DNA of 64,000 nucleotides from assembly GCA_051362555.1 (NCBI GenBank), contig CM120644.1, forward strand, positions 3,914,954 through 3,978,953, read 5' to 3'. This document shows positions 12,757 to 24,697 of this stretch, piece after piece (the stretch's first letter is position 1; every line of letters starts with the position of its first letter). This DNA is from Lingula anatina (Eukaryota; Animalia; Brachiopoda). The translations under genes and the position numbers were made by a program. Under the pieces are notes generated by a model that worked only from the letters and a program-made list of their open reading frames with translations, was not told where the DNA came from and searched no databases.

Positions 12757-15700
12757 TTATACAACACACGTGTCCACAGTCACTGTAGCAACAGAATTCA
12801 TGATGGTAGATCTGGTATTGTAATGAAACACCCAGCGATCCTCGGCTGGTTTGTATTCCAGCGCATTGCCCAATCGGCTGGAGTCTCTCATTCCTGAAAG
12901 GATCCAGATGGATCCACCAATGACAACGGACTTCACTTGGCAAAGACGGTAGGGCATCTTGGCACAGAATGTCCACAAGTTGTAAACAGGGTCGTAGCAT
13001 TCCACGGTGTCAAGCACAGCTGAAAAGGATTGAATATTTTTAATGAATAATTGATAAACGTTAGGGTATTCATTTGATATAAAAACAAAACCCCACAGAT
13101 TCAAATGAAGACAGTGATGACATTTGAGTAGAGAGCAAATTGTTATAAATTCAAAACAATTTTAGTGTGTGTGTGCGTGACAGAGAGAGAGTGAAAGAGA
13201 CAGTGAGAATTTTGCAAAATTTTTGATTAAAGCGTCTAAAAGTGTCCATCTCAAACAGCGCTACAAGAACGCAACAGCCTCCATATCACAACGTGACCCT
13301 GCACCCTGACCAATCAGAGCTACTTACTCAATTCATCTTGGCCGCCAAATGCGTATATTTTTCCATCCACTGCTGCCAGCCCCAAACCTTTCCTGGCAAA
13401 GTGCATGGGAGGAATCTCTATCCACCTGGGTCATAGAAATCAACATTATTTAGAAAGCTAACTTAACTACGTAAGCTGGAAGGTTAAAAAAAACTTGGGG
13501 GACATGTATTGGTACTGTTCACACACATGCACTTGTTGTTGAAATATGAATGGAAAAACGGACATAAAGCTAAACACCAAAGAAATTGTCTATTCGGCAA
13601 AACCATTATCTTTTTTGAAGTAGGAAAACAGTAATTACCCTTTCATCTAACTTACTAGTTTTTGTTGTAATGAATTCATAATAATGAAAAGGTGTGCAAT
13701 ATTTGAGACAGATACTGATTAAATTAAAGAATGCGTTTCTCAAAAAATAAATAAAAAATAAAAACATGCACACAAACTTACTTGTTCAAAGTAGTAGAAA
13801 ATCTCTCGCACAGTTTAAGGGGCCTGTTGTTGCTCATGGCGCCCCCACAGGCGTAGAGGAAGCCTTTACAGACCACCAGGCCGTGCTCAAAGCGCGGGTG
13901 GATCAGAGGTTTCAGGAAAGACAGGTGATCTCTGAATGGGTCAAATAGCTCTGTCGTCCTATGAGAAGTGCTTCCTGGTGATTTTACATAAACCAATCAA
14001 TCAATAATCAATTAATTAATCAATCATTCTTTCAGTGAAAGTTTAAGGAGTAGTATTTCATACTAACCTCCCTAACGAAAAAGTCCTATAGGATCCTGTA
14101 AGATCTTATAGGATCCTATAGGACTTTTTCGTAAGGGCTACTAGGCCAGACCTGTCAACATTCTTAATTCCTTAGGGAATCTCCCAGATGGGAGACTTCT
14201 CTCCCAATCCTCTGATTTATAACAATGATTAGTATTATCGCATAGGAAAATATCTCACTCCAATGCTGACAGGTACCTGCGTTAGCAAGTAAAAAATGCA
14301 ACTGACAGAGCTCTGTGTTACTGTGATGTTATGACATACATTTTCCTTGAATCACTTCCTTTCCAAATTGCAACTGATCTCCTACTCCTTTATAATAAAT
14401 CAATTTTAGGTAGTATAAATCATATTCTATAATAATAATATTAATAATAATAATAATGAAATCCTATAGAGAAGAAGCTAGATATGAACACAACACAACT
14501 GAAGAACCAGTAAAAAGCCTACCATGTGTTGATGTCCCTCCACAGATGTACACTTTCCCATCCAGCTCACAGGCTGCAAGGTTCTCCCGGCCGTCCTCAA
14601 GTCTGAGGAGAAACACAGAGAAAATAAATAGACAGAAAAAGCTCAGGATATGTCACTGTTAACAAACTATAGGGATGATGAAACAGGGTTCTAAAGCAAT
14701 CTAAATAAGGTTGTAATACAGAATAAAACATTTATATAAGACCACATAAAATATCTGCCTGTCGAAACTCTTCTATGACATATTTAAGTATGAACCCTCC
14801 TCAGTAAAGACATTTTTTTCTTAAAATATACGATGAATTAAAGATAAAAATACGTGGACTTATAATTTATAAAATTAAATTTCTGAGTGAAAAACTTTAT
14901 CTGTGCAAAAGCTCATCTTACTCGTATTAACATGCAGAGGCACACAAAATCATATACAAAAAAACACAGTAAGTAAAGCCATTCTTACCTGGCATTAACA
15001 GAATCCCATCTCTGAGTAGCAATGCTGTACCTGTGTATCCTTGTCATGGGGAAATGGTACGATCCACCAATGATGTACACACAACTGCCCACGTTGACCG
15101 CTGAGTGACCGTTCCTTTTTTCGGGCATGGGTGGAAAGTTGGACCAACACTGTCCTGTGAATATGAAACATGCTGGACAGTGTTATGTGAGCACATATTG
15201 AAACTTGAGCCATCACCATATATAAAGTGTGAGGGAATTGAAAAGAAAGAAAATAAATGTAGTAATATGATTAAGAGTTTCAAAGAAATACTCCATGCAA
15301 TTTTTAAAAGCCTAGCAAAGATACAGTTACTTACAGTAACATTTCACATAGTTTGTTGATGGAAAAAAGTGACTATGTTTTATCAGTAATTGCAGTTTGC
15401 AATAAGTCAATGCGGGAAATCCTTTCAAGCAGAGAATCTTTCTTTTGGAAACATTTTCAAATTTGTATATATCTTACCCTTGGGATTAAAGTACTGACAA
15501 GTACCAGTTTCTGAGCCTCCAAAACAAGCGATCTGGAAGTCGTACTTCTTCCTGCGTGGTGTCACAGTGGAGACCGTCTCTGCTGCACGTCTCTCCTCCT
15601 CCCCAAGTAAGTGATACTGCATTCCTCCTGAAACACACAGAGATAAGGGGTCCACAGGCAGGTTTAAACTCATGTAGTGATGATAAAAAATTTTGTGAGT

Positions 15701-18029
15701 GGTTTTGGATATGTTGGTGAAAAGAGGAAATTGCCAAAATACTTTTTTTTTTTTTGGGGGGGGGGCTATACTGGGGTATAAAGGGCCAATTCCCACTGTA
15801 TGCCTTTTAACCTATAAAATAATAAATCTAAACATTATTTAATAAAAATACAATATTTATAAAATTATAATTAATAACTTTAACGATATAAAGAGGGTAC
15901 TTATATTGCTCATGGATTAGTCCCTATTTTAGTCTACAGTATTAACATTGGTCTCTTGCATAATGTCAGTCAAACTGAAGCTGAGAGTTTTTTGTTTTTT
16001 TTTTCATTTATGAAGTTACTGGATAATGTTTATACATATTTTGGCCAGATCTGTTCCACACAACCTACCAATGATCATCTTCAAGCAGTCACAGTTATCT
16101 TGTAACAGGTCCTCATGCTGGACATGAGTAGTCAAGTAGTGACGTGTTATCAGCGGGAAACGAATCCTTCCCAGAATGCTCTCCTTATGCTCGAACCTTG
16201 CTGGCAAATCATGCTTTAACCAGCGTATGGCAGCATCATACACCTGTAGGAAGAAGAAAAAGAATAATCAGAAAAATATAGTCTGATATAAGGTACAATA
16301 ACCAGACATCTTTTACATAAGAACAAGCTAATACCCAAGTGATCTCTTACCTACAATCTTTGTAAAAATTCAAAATTTTCAATTGCATGTCAATACTCAT
16401 TGCCATTCTCGCAAGATTTTCTAAGCCCATGTGACTAATATGACTTTTCTTCTGCATTTGGCTATGGCATTTATTTCATAAGGCCTTTAATATCTTTCCA
16501 CTGAATGAAATGAATTCCAATGAAATTAATCTTAAAACAGTTTATTTACCAAGGTCATAACAGACTTATTGATGGCTTTCACCTTTTAGCAGGCTTTGGT
16601 GAAATTGGCCTCAGGTCCAATATAAAAGCTTACCTCATCTTCGCATTTCACAGTCAATTCATCCTTAGACAACAAGTCAGTCACAGATTCTGGCCTCTGT
16701 TTCAGAAACTCCTCTCCCTGGCATACCTCTCTGAAAATGAGGCTCTAAATTAGACAACAAGGCTGGTACGTGTACAGACATCACAAATCTTGATAAAGAT
16801 AAAGCATATAATCAAGGAACTTTAAAATAGGTAAAATCATAGCAACACTTACTCAAACTGAAATAAAAATTTGGAATTGAAATCTGACTGACATTTCACA
16901 ATGTGTGAATAATGCAATGAGCTACAATACCAAATTCCATTTTCCTGACCACTGCCCTAGCCTGTTACAAAAACCAAAAACCCTAAATAATAAAATTGGG
17001 ACATTTTTTTACATTTTTTTCTTCACTATACTTACATACATTTGAACTAGAATTTAAACTATGAAGACTTTTTGTTAATCAATGAAGACCAAGTTAAAGT
17101 TTGGGCCAAAATAATGATTCACAAAAATAGTATTAAAACATTTAACTTAATCACTGTATTGAAAGTAAGAGACTGACAGTTTTATCTAAACAGCATATAC
17201 ACATATACAACATTTACCTAAAATGCAGATATGCAAAGTTACTGGCAGCTTCACACAGCTCAGGGCAGTTATGAAAATCTGCAAAGTCTTTAATCCCAAG
17301 GCAGTTTGCTGCACTCAGCTGCTGTGTTAGGTAATGGCAACATGCGTCTTTGATTGGCTGAATCTGGTAACGATTTCCAGCTGAGAGGAGCTCTTGAACA
17401 TTGGAATCATTCAACTGAATATCTGCAGTGTATGCAAAATCTATTATCGCCTCAACTGTTCCATGATAAATATCCTGCAGCTCGACCCTCGATGTTTGGG
17501 CCTCTGTCATATTGGACGTGAACATGGCATGAAAAAAGCTGCTGCAAGCTGCCAGCACTACCCTGTGTGCTTTAAACTCATGTCCCTCCACTATCAGAAT
17601 AACATCTGTCATCTCTTCTCTTTGCCTCATCCCGTTCATACAGCGAAAAAACTCTGCCTGTCTCTCTGAGATTCTAGCAACTGAACCATGGAATCCACCT
17701 TCATTATTAGTTCTATCATCCCCCAATAGGGGGCTCTGGGTGTCGCCACCACCTCTACGGGTCTGACCTAACCCCCCTGCCATAACCAATGCAGAAGAGA
17801 GTCTAGACGTCCCTCCAGATGTTCCTGCTCTGTCACCTATGGACACGTGTTGATTTGGTGTCCCTGTCGTGGTGCCACTCTCACTCATCCTCGACAGCAG
17901 TGGCTGGGACATGTGGTGATGGATTCCACCTCTCACAATTAAGCCTGTAATACTATATAAAGTTCTGCCTCTCAAAGGTCTCAAACTTGCTTCTATGGTT
18001 TCTTCTTCTTGGTCTGAACCATCTGTCAT
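12757..18029 (-). CDS. KLHL7: Kelch-like protein 7 (BTB-BACK-Kelch Cul3 adaptor), 9 coding exons, ~677 aa
   Basis: Exons 18029-17218, 16730-16634, 16243-16069, 15627-15478, 15154-14989, 14602-14523, 13974-13782, 13425-13328, 13019-12757 splice in frame. BTB FKAHRVVLAACS; BACK VYDAAIRWLKHD..IRFPLI; KLHL7-like PRRKKYDFQIACFGGS..CQYFNPK and C-terminal RLGNALEY..VDTC. Confidence 0.88.
14070..14137. repeat. 68-bp near-perfect spacerless palindrome in a KLHL7 intron
   Basis: CCCTAACGAAAAAGTCCTATAGGATCCTGTAAGA followed directly by its reverse complement with 2 mismatches. Confidence 0.9.
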
Positions 18030-20137
18030 TGCTGTAAGGATAGGATCATAGGTTACAGCACATACATGTAAAAGTACTACAATTAATGCAATGATACCTT
18101 AGGAAATATATATGCACTAGTCAGGCCTGTAGCCGGGGGTGGGGGTGGGGGGGGTAGCAGGGGGGTAGCAGGGGGGGTCGCCTGGGTTAAATTTTATTTT
18201 AGTACACCAAGGTTTCACGGTAGGTGTACTTTTTCAGAAAAAGTGAAATTTTGAAATTGCTGGATACAGGCAATGACTGGTGGTACCCAAAATATTGTTG
18301 AACCAGTTTTTGTCGAACATGAAAAAATTGGTTATAGTAGAAACTTTATGGCATGTCCTGCTATTAAGTGTTACTTTTCAGACATACGGTAGTAGTAGCA
18401 CCAGTAGCAGTAGTAGTAGTAGAAGAAGTAGAGGGTCCCATTCAAAGCGCATCTTCATTAACCGGAAAGAAAAAGCCACTTTCTGTCTCCTCAAATGTGT
18501 GAAATGTTCTTATCATTTAGCATGATCCAGGAAGAACCCCATTCTAGTGACTCATGAATGTGTTTCTTATTCTACATCATTTGTCACACTCATGAACATT
18601 ATCTGGTGTAAAAGTAAGTTTATTTTTACGACAAAGAGCCCAAATGCGATCTCAGATAGGTTTGCAATGGGTACCTAGAGGGCTATATCGGTCGATTTTT
18701 ATCCATTTCTACCTTGTACAGGACCGCAGCGCCAGTAATTTTTGTGGTATTCCAACATGAATTTAAGCCAAATGCAAGTCACTTGGTATTGGATAACTTG
18801 CCTGTAAGATTTTAGACCCCCCCCCCCCCCCTCCACACACACACACACACCCAAGTTATTGTGAACAGCTAGTAACGCAAAAGAAATTTATGTCAACAGA
18901 AATTGAGCTTTCCAGAATATGACAACTCAATATCACACAGTGAAGAAGACTCATAACAGGTAAATCCTTTCACGAACAAATATTTCAACGAAAAACTTTA
19001 CCTCACATTTTACAGCCTTTCAGCAGTCGGCTCAATAGGCAATTAACAAGACTGTAGGTGGCGCGCTTACAAGATGAGCCTATCGATCAGTTAAAAACCC
19101 GTTTTACACTGGATTGAATAGTTACAGAAGTTTGCAAATACAGGCGTCGGAAGGTGGGCACTTATGACCCCTTCCCTCGTTTTCAAGCACTTCTGACCTA
19201 CTTTAAATAAAATAAGCGCAAGAACCTTAGGGGAGGGGGCTATCAAAGAGCCAAATGCAGGCCTATACTTCTGTCCATCAGTAGATTATTGGTGCATTAT
19301 GTCGCGGGAAGGCCTAGATCTCAAGTCAATCTATGTCCATCTAAAAAAAAATTGTAACTGCGCTCACCACCCACCCCACCCCCTTATTTAGAGCCCTTGT
19401 CCCTGGGGGGGGGGGGGGAGCATAAGCTACACACACGTACGAGGGACCCATTAGGTATATTTTCGTTACCTTTTTATACATTTCCCGAGACACGTTCATA
19501 TTATTTAGCGTGATTCGTAAAGCACCCCTTCCAGTGACTTGTGACAGCGGCCTCTTACCGTGTAAAATTCACCCTTCGTGAAACGCAATCATTATGCCCG
19601 ATAATTTTTAAGGATTTTTGATTCGCATTATCAGTGAGATATGAACAAAGTTTTATTTACTGTGACTTGTGACTGATGATGTTTAGGAAAATTAATTTTT
19701 GAAGTAGGCCTACTAGTAGGCCTACCTAATGATTTCACACGTACATGTACATGTATACAACGCTTATGTAGCAATTTCACGGTCGGGATACGATTTAACA
19801 CCACCCCGGTTGGCCTACATTACTTGAAAACAAAGATGAGCCAGGGTGATTTGATACACTTGATGAGTCTCAAACCTATTTCTTCATATTTCATTTTAAA
19901 TTAACATTGAAATATTTTAGACTCAAAGGAAAAGATGAAATATAATAGTAATTACAACAATTTTACATGTGTGTTTAAAAAAGAGGCGACCAGTCCTCTT
20001 GCCATTGGCCTATTGCTTTTTTGCAACAGGCCTGTCCATCCAGCCGCCCATCGGATAAGCCCCAGTTCAATTCCATATCATTAGGACACATACAGGCACT
20101 TCAGGTTCAGCACAAGAAGGCCACCGTAACACGAACC

Positions 20138-20173
<36 letters not shown>

Positions 20174-21038
20174 ATTGTGTTATATCATTCTTAGACTCGA
20201 GTACCAAGTGGTTGTCAAGTCTTGGAAATCCGAACAGCCTTTCTGTCTCTACCCGCTATGCCCCTGGTAGGGCCTACATGTGAGGCTCTTTCTGCTTCTT
20301 TTATCACCTAATTTACCCCTTTCATCCAAAGTTCTATCTCATCCGTTAGAGATTTTGTCTTGTTCTCTGCTGCTGTTTTTGGTATGCGCCAACGCAGAGA
20401 ATATAGCTGGCCCATCCTGAAATACAGAAGAAATGACCCGCTATATAAAAGTTGACAGGACTTTAGAAGAACATTATAATTCCGTTAACTTCTTTGTCTA
20501 CTGACACTGTTCAGTAAATCATTTTACACCACCCAAATTATTTAGATTATTTACTTTCATTGAGACAAATCAATATTTATTTAGGAAGCAATATTTTTAT
20601 TAGTCGTTTTATTCCAAAATTAATTACACAAAACGTTTGTTAAAGATTACAGATTAAATAGTAAATAATGCTCCATCCAAACCTCATTCGAATTAACCTA
20701 ATAAATGCATCTTTAACTTTTAATCTGTCAGTTTTTGAATATAGCACATACTGCACGCTTGGGGTGTCCGTGGGTGTACTCGAGTTATATTGGTGTTCCA
20801 TTACGGCCTAATTCGACACGCTCTACGATTCAGTTAAGATACAGGTGCAATAGTGTTACGAATATTCGTCGGATTCAGCTGGAATCGCACGAATATTGTC
20901 AAGAATTCACTACCATTTTTTTTTTTTTGGAATCGGGAGTTCGTGGCCAAAATTTTGAACAGTTCAAAATTTATGCCACGAATTCCCGATTGATCAAGAA
21001 TTGCAAGAACTGACTACGATTATATACGAATCTGTTAA

Positions 21039-21375
21039 AGGGATAATAACTCTTCGTTTTGGCCAAAAAATGAATTTTCCTGGAGTAAACCACAATTTTC
21101 CCATACTTACCAATGATTAATGAATCCATTTTTACATTCAAAGTTAGTCCCTGTTTTTTTTCTAAAAAGTTTGTTTTTTTGTTAAAATATCTTAAGAGAT
21201 TATAACAGAGTATAGCCATCAATGGAGGTCACGCGGTTTGAAGACAGGCTCAGATATCAGAATAATAGCTATAACTGCCGTTTTTCTTGTACAACAGAAT
21301 ATATTATATTTCTATGAGTTGTTCACAATGTTTTTATTGTGAAATATAGATCTCATACGAAGAGTTATTATCCCT
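21039..21375. mobile_element. TTAA-specific MITE (Kolobok-like termini) inserted in an older ACGAAT-rich repeat
   Basis: Perfect 19-bp TIR AGGGATAATAACTCTTCGT; TTAA duplicated at 21035-21038 and 21376-21379. Confidence 0.85.
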
Positions 21376-21592
21376 TTAAGAACTTCACGAACTGATTACG
21401 ATTCAACCACGAATCCTAAAATTTGTCAGTTCCTGGCGATTCGTGGTCTGTGTGAAATAGGGGCATTAGGACTTGTGCTCTTTAAATATTCTCACATCCT
21501 GTAGGTCTAGTGTTAATATATATAGCATAAAACTCGCTTTGTTCTGACACTAGTAATTCGCATCTTTTCCCTTTTACCTCACCTTCGGCTAA

Positions 21593-22765
21593 TTATGCTT
21601 CATCGATCTCCTCCATCAAATCCTCCACTACGTCATTCAGGTCTTTACGAGACAGTTTGGACATGTCCAATTCGTCAGAGTCATCACGTGGGTCTGTCAG
21701 ATTTCTTAAAAAAAAGAAGAAAAAATAGATAGCAGATGAGCCTTAAAAATGATGATTATTTACGTATATGTGATCAGAAGCTTTATTTAGCTTTAGTATT
21801 AGCCTACAGCAAATGGCGTTCAAACCATTGATAGGGCCTATTAAAGATAAACTTCCATGGTTAAATTAAACGACATCGTTTTTATTCGCTGGACCTAACA
21901 AGTGGCAAAAATGACCTCTCTGTCTGATGACCACCGATAGCAGTGAAGATATCGCCAGAAGTCCGAGGGCTTCTCTGGACCTGCAAGGACACACCAATGA
22001 CCAATAGATCGTCCCGGTCCTCCACGCGTCCCTCAGATAGACTGGGGACAACTGAAATTACAGTGAAAAGTTTAGAGCCTGAATGATCCGTAATATGACA
22101 TAAATGTTGACATAAAATCTGATTTTGTATTTTATAATATATCACTTTCTTAAAGTTGGGTTGAGATAAATGTTTACTTCACATTAGGTTGACAAGAATA
22201 CTGAGATACTGACGAAAAGGTTTTATTTATAAAGACAGTTAACGGTAACCTTTATTCCCTCCTCCTCTGAACAAATTTGTTATCCTTTGACGGAGTCCAA
22301 ACTTCTGTTTTTTCTCTGAAATGAATCTTTACGAATTGCGCATAAATAAATCAAAAGAAAATACATTATTACAAGATATTATTCGGTAGAGCCTAATTGC
22401 AAACTAATGTTACTGCCATTTCGACCATTGAAAAGTCGTTAATTAAGCAGTCGTGATCAAAATCATAGTTTCTTTTTCATTTTTACCATTGTTCGGCTCC
22501 TCCCATGCTCCAAGATGGCTGTTAGAGACAACAGCTGTAATTAAAATAATGATGTTTATTACAACACATCCTATATTCGGGGGAAATGCCGAATACATGT
22601 ACCAAAAATTACTTGGCGCTTTTGATCCAGTTACCGTGATTTCTTTTACAAGTCAAAATAAAAATCAAATAAAATTACGGATGAAAAACGCCAACAAAAT
22701 TTAAACACTTTCAAAACGTTCAAGGAAACCACAATTTCATACTTACTAGATTGAGTGCATCCCAT
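21593..22765 (-). CDS. Small 110-aa putative N-myristoylated/palmitoylated protein, paralogue A (4 coding exons)
   Basis: Exons 22765-22747, 22315-22250, 22051-21916, 21704-21593 give MGCTQSKKKQKFGLRQRITNLFRGGGNKVVPSLSEGRVEDRDDLLVIGVSLQVQRSPRTSGDIFTAIGGHQTERNLTDPRDDSDELDMSKLSRKDLNDVVEDLMEEIDEA*. Frame and splice sites are conserved in paralogue B. Confidence 0.75.
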
Positions 22766-22857
22766 CGTATTCCTCTAAATTAAAACAACTTTGCAGCGCT
22801 AAGTCAGTGAATACTTTTCCGCTGTGCGAGAAAAGTGCATTATGGTACCGTAGCTAC

Positions 22858-22869
22858 TGTGACGTCACA
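22858..22869. promoter_or_regulatory. Full palindromic CRE (TGTGACGTCACA) ~95 bp upstream of the ATG of paralogue A
   Basis: TGACGTCA at 22860-22867, conserved at the equivalent position in paralogue B. Confidence 0.55.
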
Positions 22870-24337
22870 AAGTGAGGGCGCGTCTTGACAGCGACGATGT
22901 ACATTTCACTACCAAAGGGCGTTACGCCATAAATACGGGATAACTACACGAAAAATATTCTCATTTTCTATTAAAAAACTTGGTGTAGGCATTGAGGAAA
23001 TAAATTTCGAACAGTTCCAATATGAAAACAATAGTATAAGTTAACAATATACGTTTTAGCCAGACGGTAGCGTGCTTGGATGCAAATGAGGTACCCAAAG
23101 CGCCATCAACCATGGCAACGCAAAGTCACGAGTTCGAATCCCGGATGAGGCACGTCAGTCAATCACGACAACGACCGGGCCCCTGAATCGGGATGTCACG
23201 AGAACCAATCTGGGCTCTCGTGGGTCCTAGCAAATTACCTTTTGCATAAAAACACGGTATACTTTAGAAAGTTTACATTAAGTGATCGATTTAAAACGAA
23301 CATATTGCTGGTCATTAGAATAAAGTATCCGTCGTCAATAACATTTCCTTTCTCTTCAGTTAAAAGTACTTAGATTGGTGCCACAGATATTGCAATTAAA
23401 TTGGGCAAAATCTAACACCGAATGTACTGTATTGCATCTAAATGCCCTATCTTCTCGGTGGGATTATCAGAGAGAAATTTTTAATTGTTTAACAAAAGTC
23501 GCGTCGCCTCTGTTGTTTTTAACAAGCACACATTTTGTCTTTTCCTGCCCCTCCTTTCATTTCTTGCACCCTTGCTTCTCAAGACTGTTCATAATATGTT
23601 CATACAGTACCCGGGGGCAAGTCCGCAGTCGACATTTGAAGGAGTAAAGACTGCTCAATACTAAAACCGCCCAGGTGTGAACAGCTGTGGACCTCATTGT
23701 GCTGTATATCGTCAGGGGTGAAAGCAAACGTTATCTCAGCGCAAAACAAAATGAAAATAAAAGCATCTGAAGTCATCTAACTAGAAACGTTCCGAGCAGG
23801 CCTGTCGATGAAAGCCAAGGAATTTGAATTGATTCAGTAGTTTTTTTTAAAGTTAAAACAGCACGTCATACCATCTGTTAACCGTGTTCAGCAGAAAAAT
23901 GATATCTTCTCTGTGGAATTATTTGCAAAATGTGTTTTATTCAAAATTTCCATCGCTGCAATTGCTTATATGGAAATCGCACCAGTTACTAGACATTTGA
24001 ATGTTTTTTCCCTCTCTTCTTAGGGTCTCGCTAAAACTAAAAGACGCCTGTTGTGAGTGAACCGGCTTTGATCCCACTACATACTCTTTAATATCATGGG
24101 TAAAGCCAAAATTAATCTTAGGGTAAAACAAACTCTCAGTTCCGTGTTTTTGGTTCTCAAACACGCATGGCTTCCTGTACATCATGAATTTTACCGTTCA
24201 TGAACAGTCACTGTGCGTGGGATGAAATGCGACACCCGGATTATCGATCGGAGAAGCAGATATACACATGTACATCCAACTTGGCCCTGTCCGTGGCAAG
24301 TTTGAAAGTTTCCGTCCGATCATTGAGTAGTAACGAA

Positions 24338-24429
24338 GCTGGCGTGGCTCCGTGGTAACTTTGCTGTCTCGTGATAAGACAGAAACCGGTACGCTGGTTC
24401 GAGACTCAGGAAATGTAGTAATTTTTTTT
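24338..24429 (+). ncRNA. Vault-RNA-like Pol III gene (~90 nt); 10 copies (also 25789-25880 +, then 27249-27340 - and every ~1451 bp to ~37495)
   Basis: GCTGGCG-TGGCTCCGTGG(A box)-TAACTTTG, hairpin CTGTCT..AGACAG, GGTTCGAGAC (B box), then T8. Motif order resembles vertebrate vtRNA (GGCTGGC..TAGCTCAGCGGTTACTTCG..GTTCGAGACC..TTTT, recalled from memory). No tRNA D-stem. Confidence 0.45.
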
Positions 24430-24496
24430 CTCCAGAATTAAATCTAAAAAATTCCGATTGGTTACTATAAGAGGAAACTCGTACGTAGAGAGGGTG

Positions 24497-24697
24497 GGCG
24501 GGTCTGTCACGGCACAGTCGGTAGCGTGCTTGGATGCAAATGAGGTACCCAAAGCGCCCTCAACCATGGCAACGCAAAGTCACGAGTTCGAATCCCGGAT
24601 GAGGCACGTCAGTCAATCACGACAACGACCGGGCCCCTGAATCGGGATGTCACGAGAACCAATCTGGGCTCTCGTGGGTCCTAGCAAATTACCTTTT
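24497..24697 (+). ncRNA. ~200-nt structured Pol III-type RNA gene with a tRNA-like head; 10 full and 2 truncated copies in the array
   Basis: TATAA at 24466; A box CGGC(A/G)CAGTCGG; B box GAGTTCGAATCC; 5' GGGCGGGTCTGTC can pair with GACAACGACCGGGCCC; 3' hairpin CACGAG..CTCGTG; TTTT at 24694-24697. Confidence 0.5.

Noticed and set aside
19050-19066. CTCF-like motif CTGTAGGTGGCGC near the probable KLHL7 first exon
   Set aside because: Single imperfect match with no supporting evidence.
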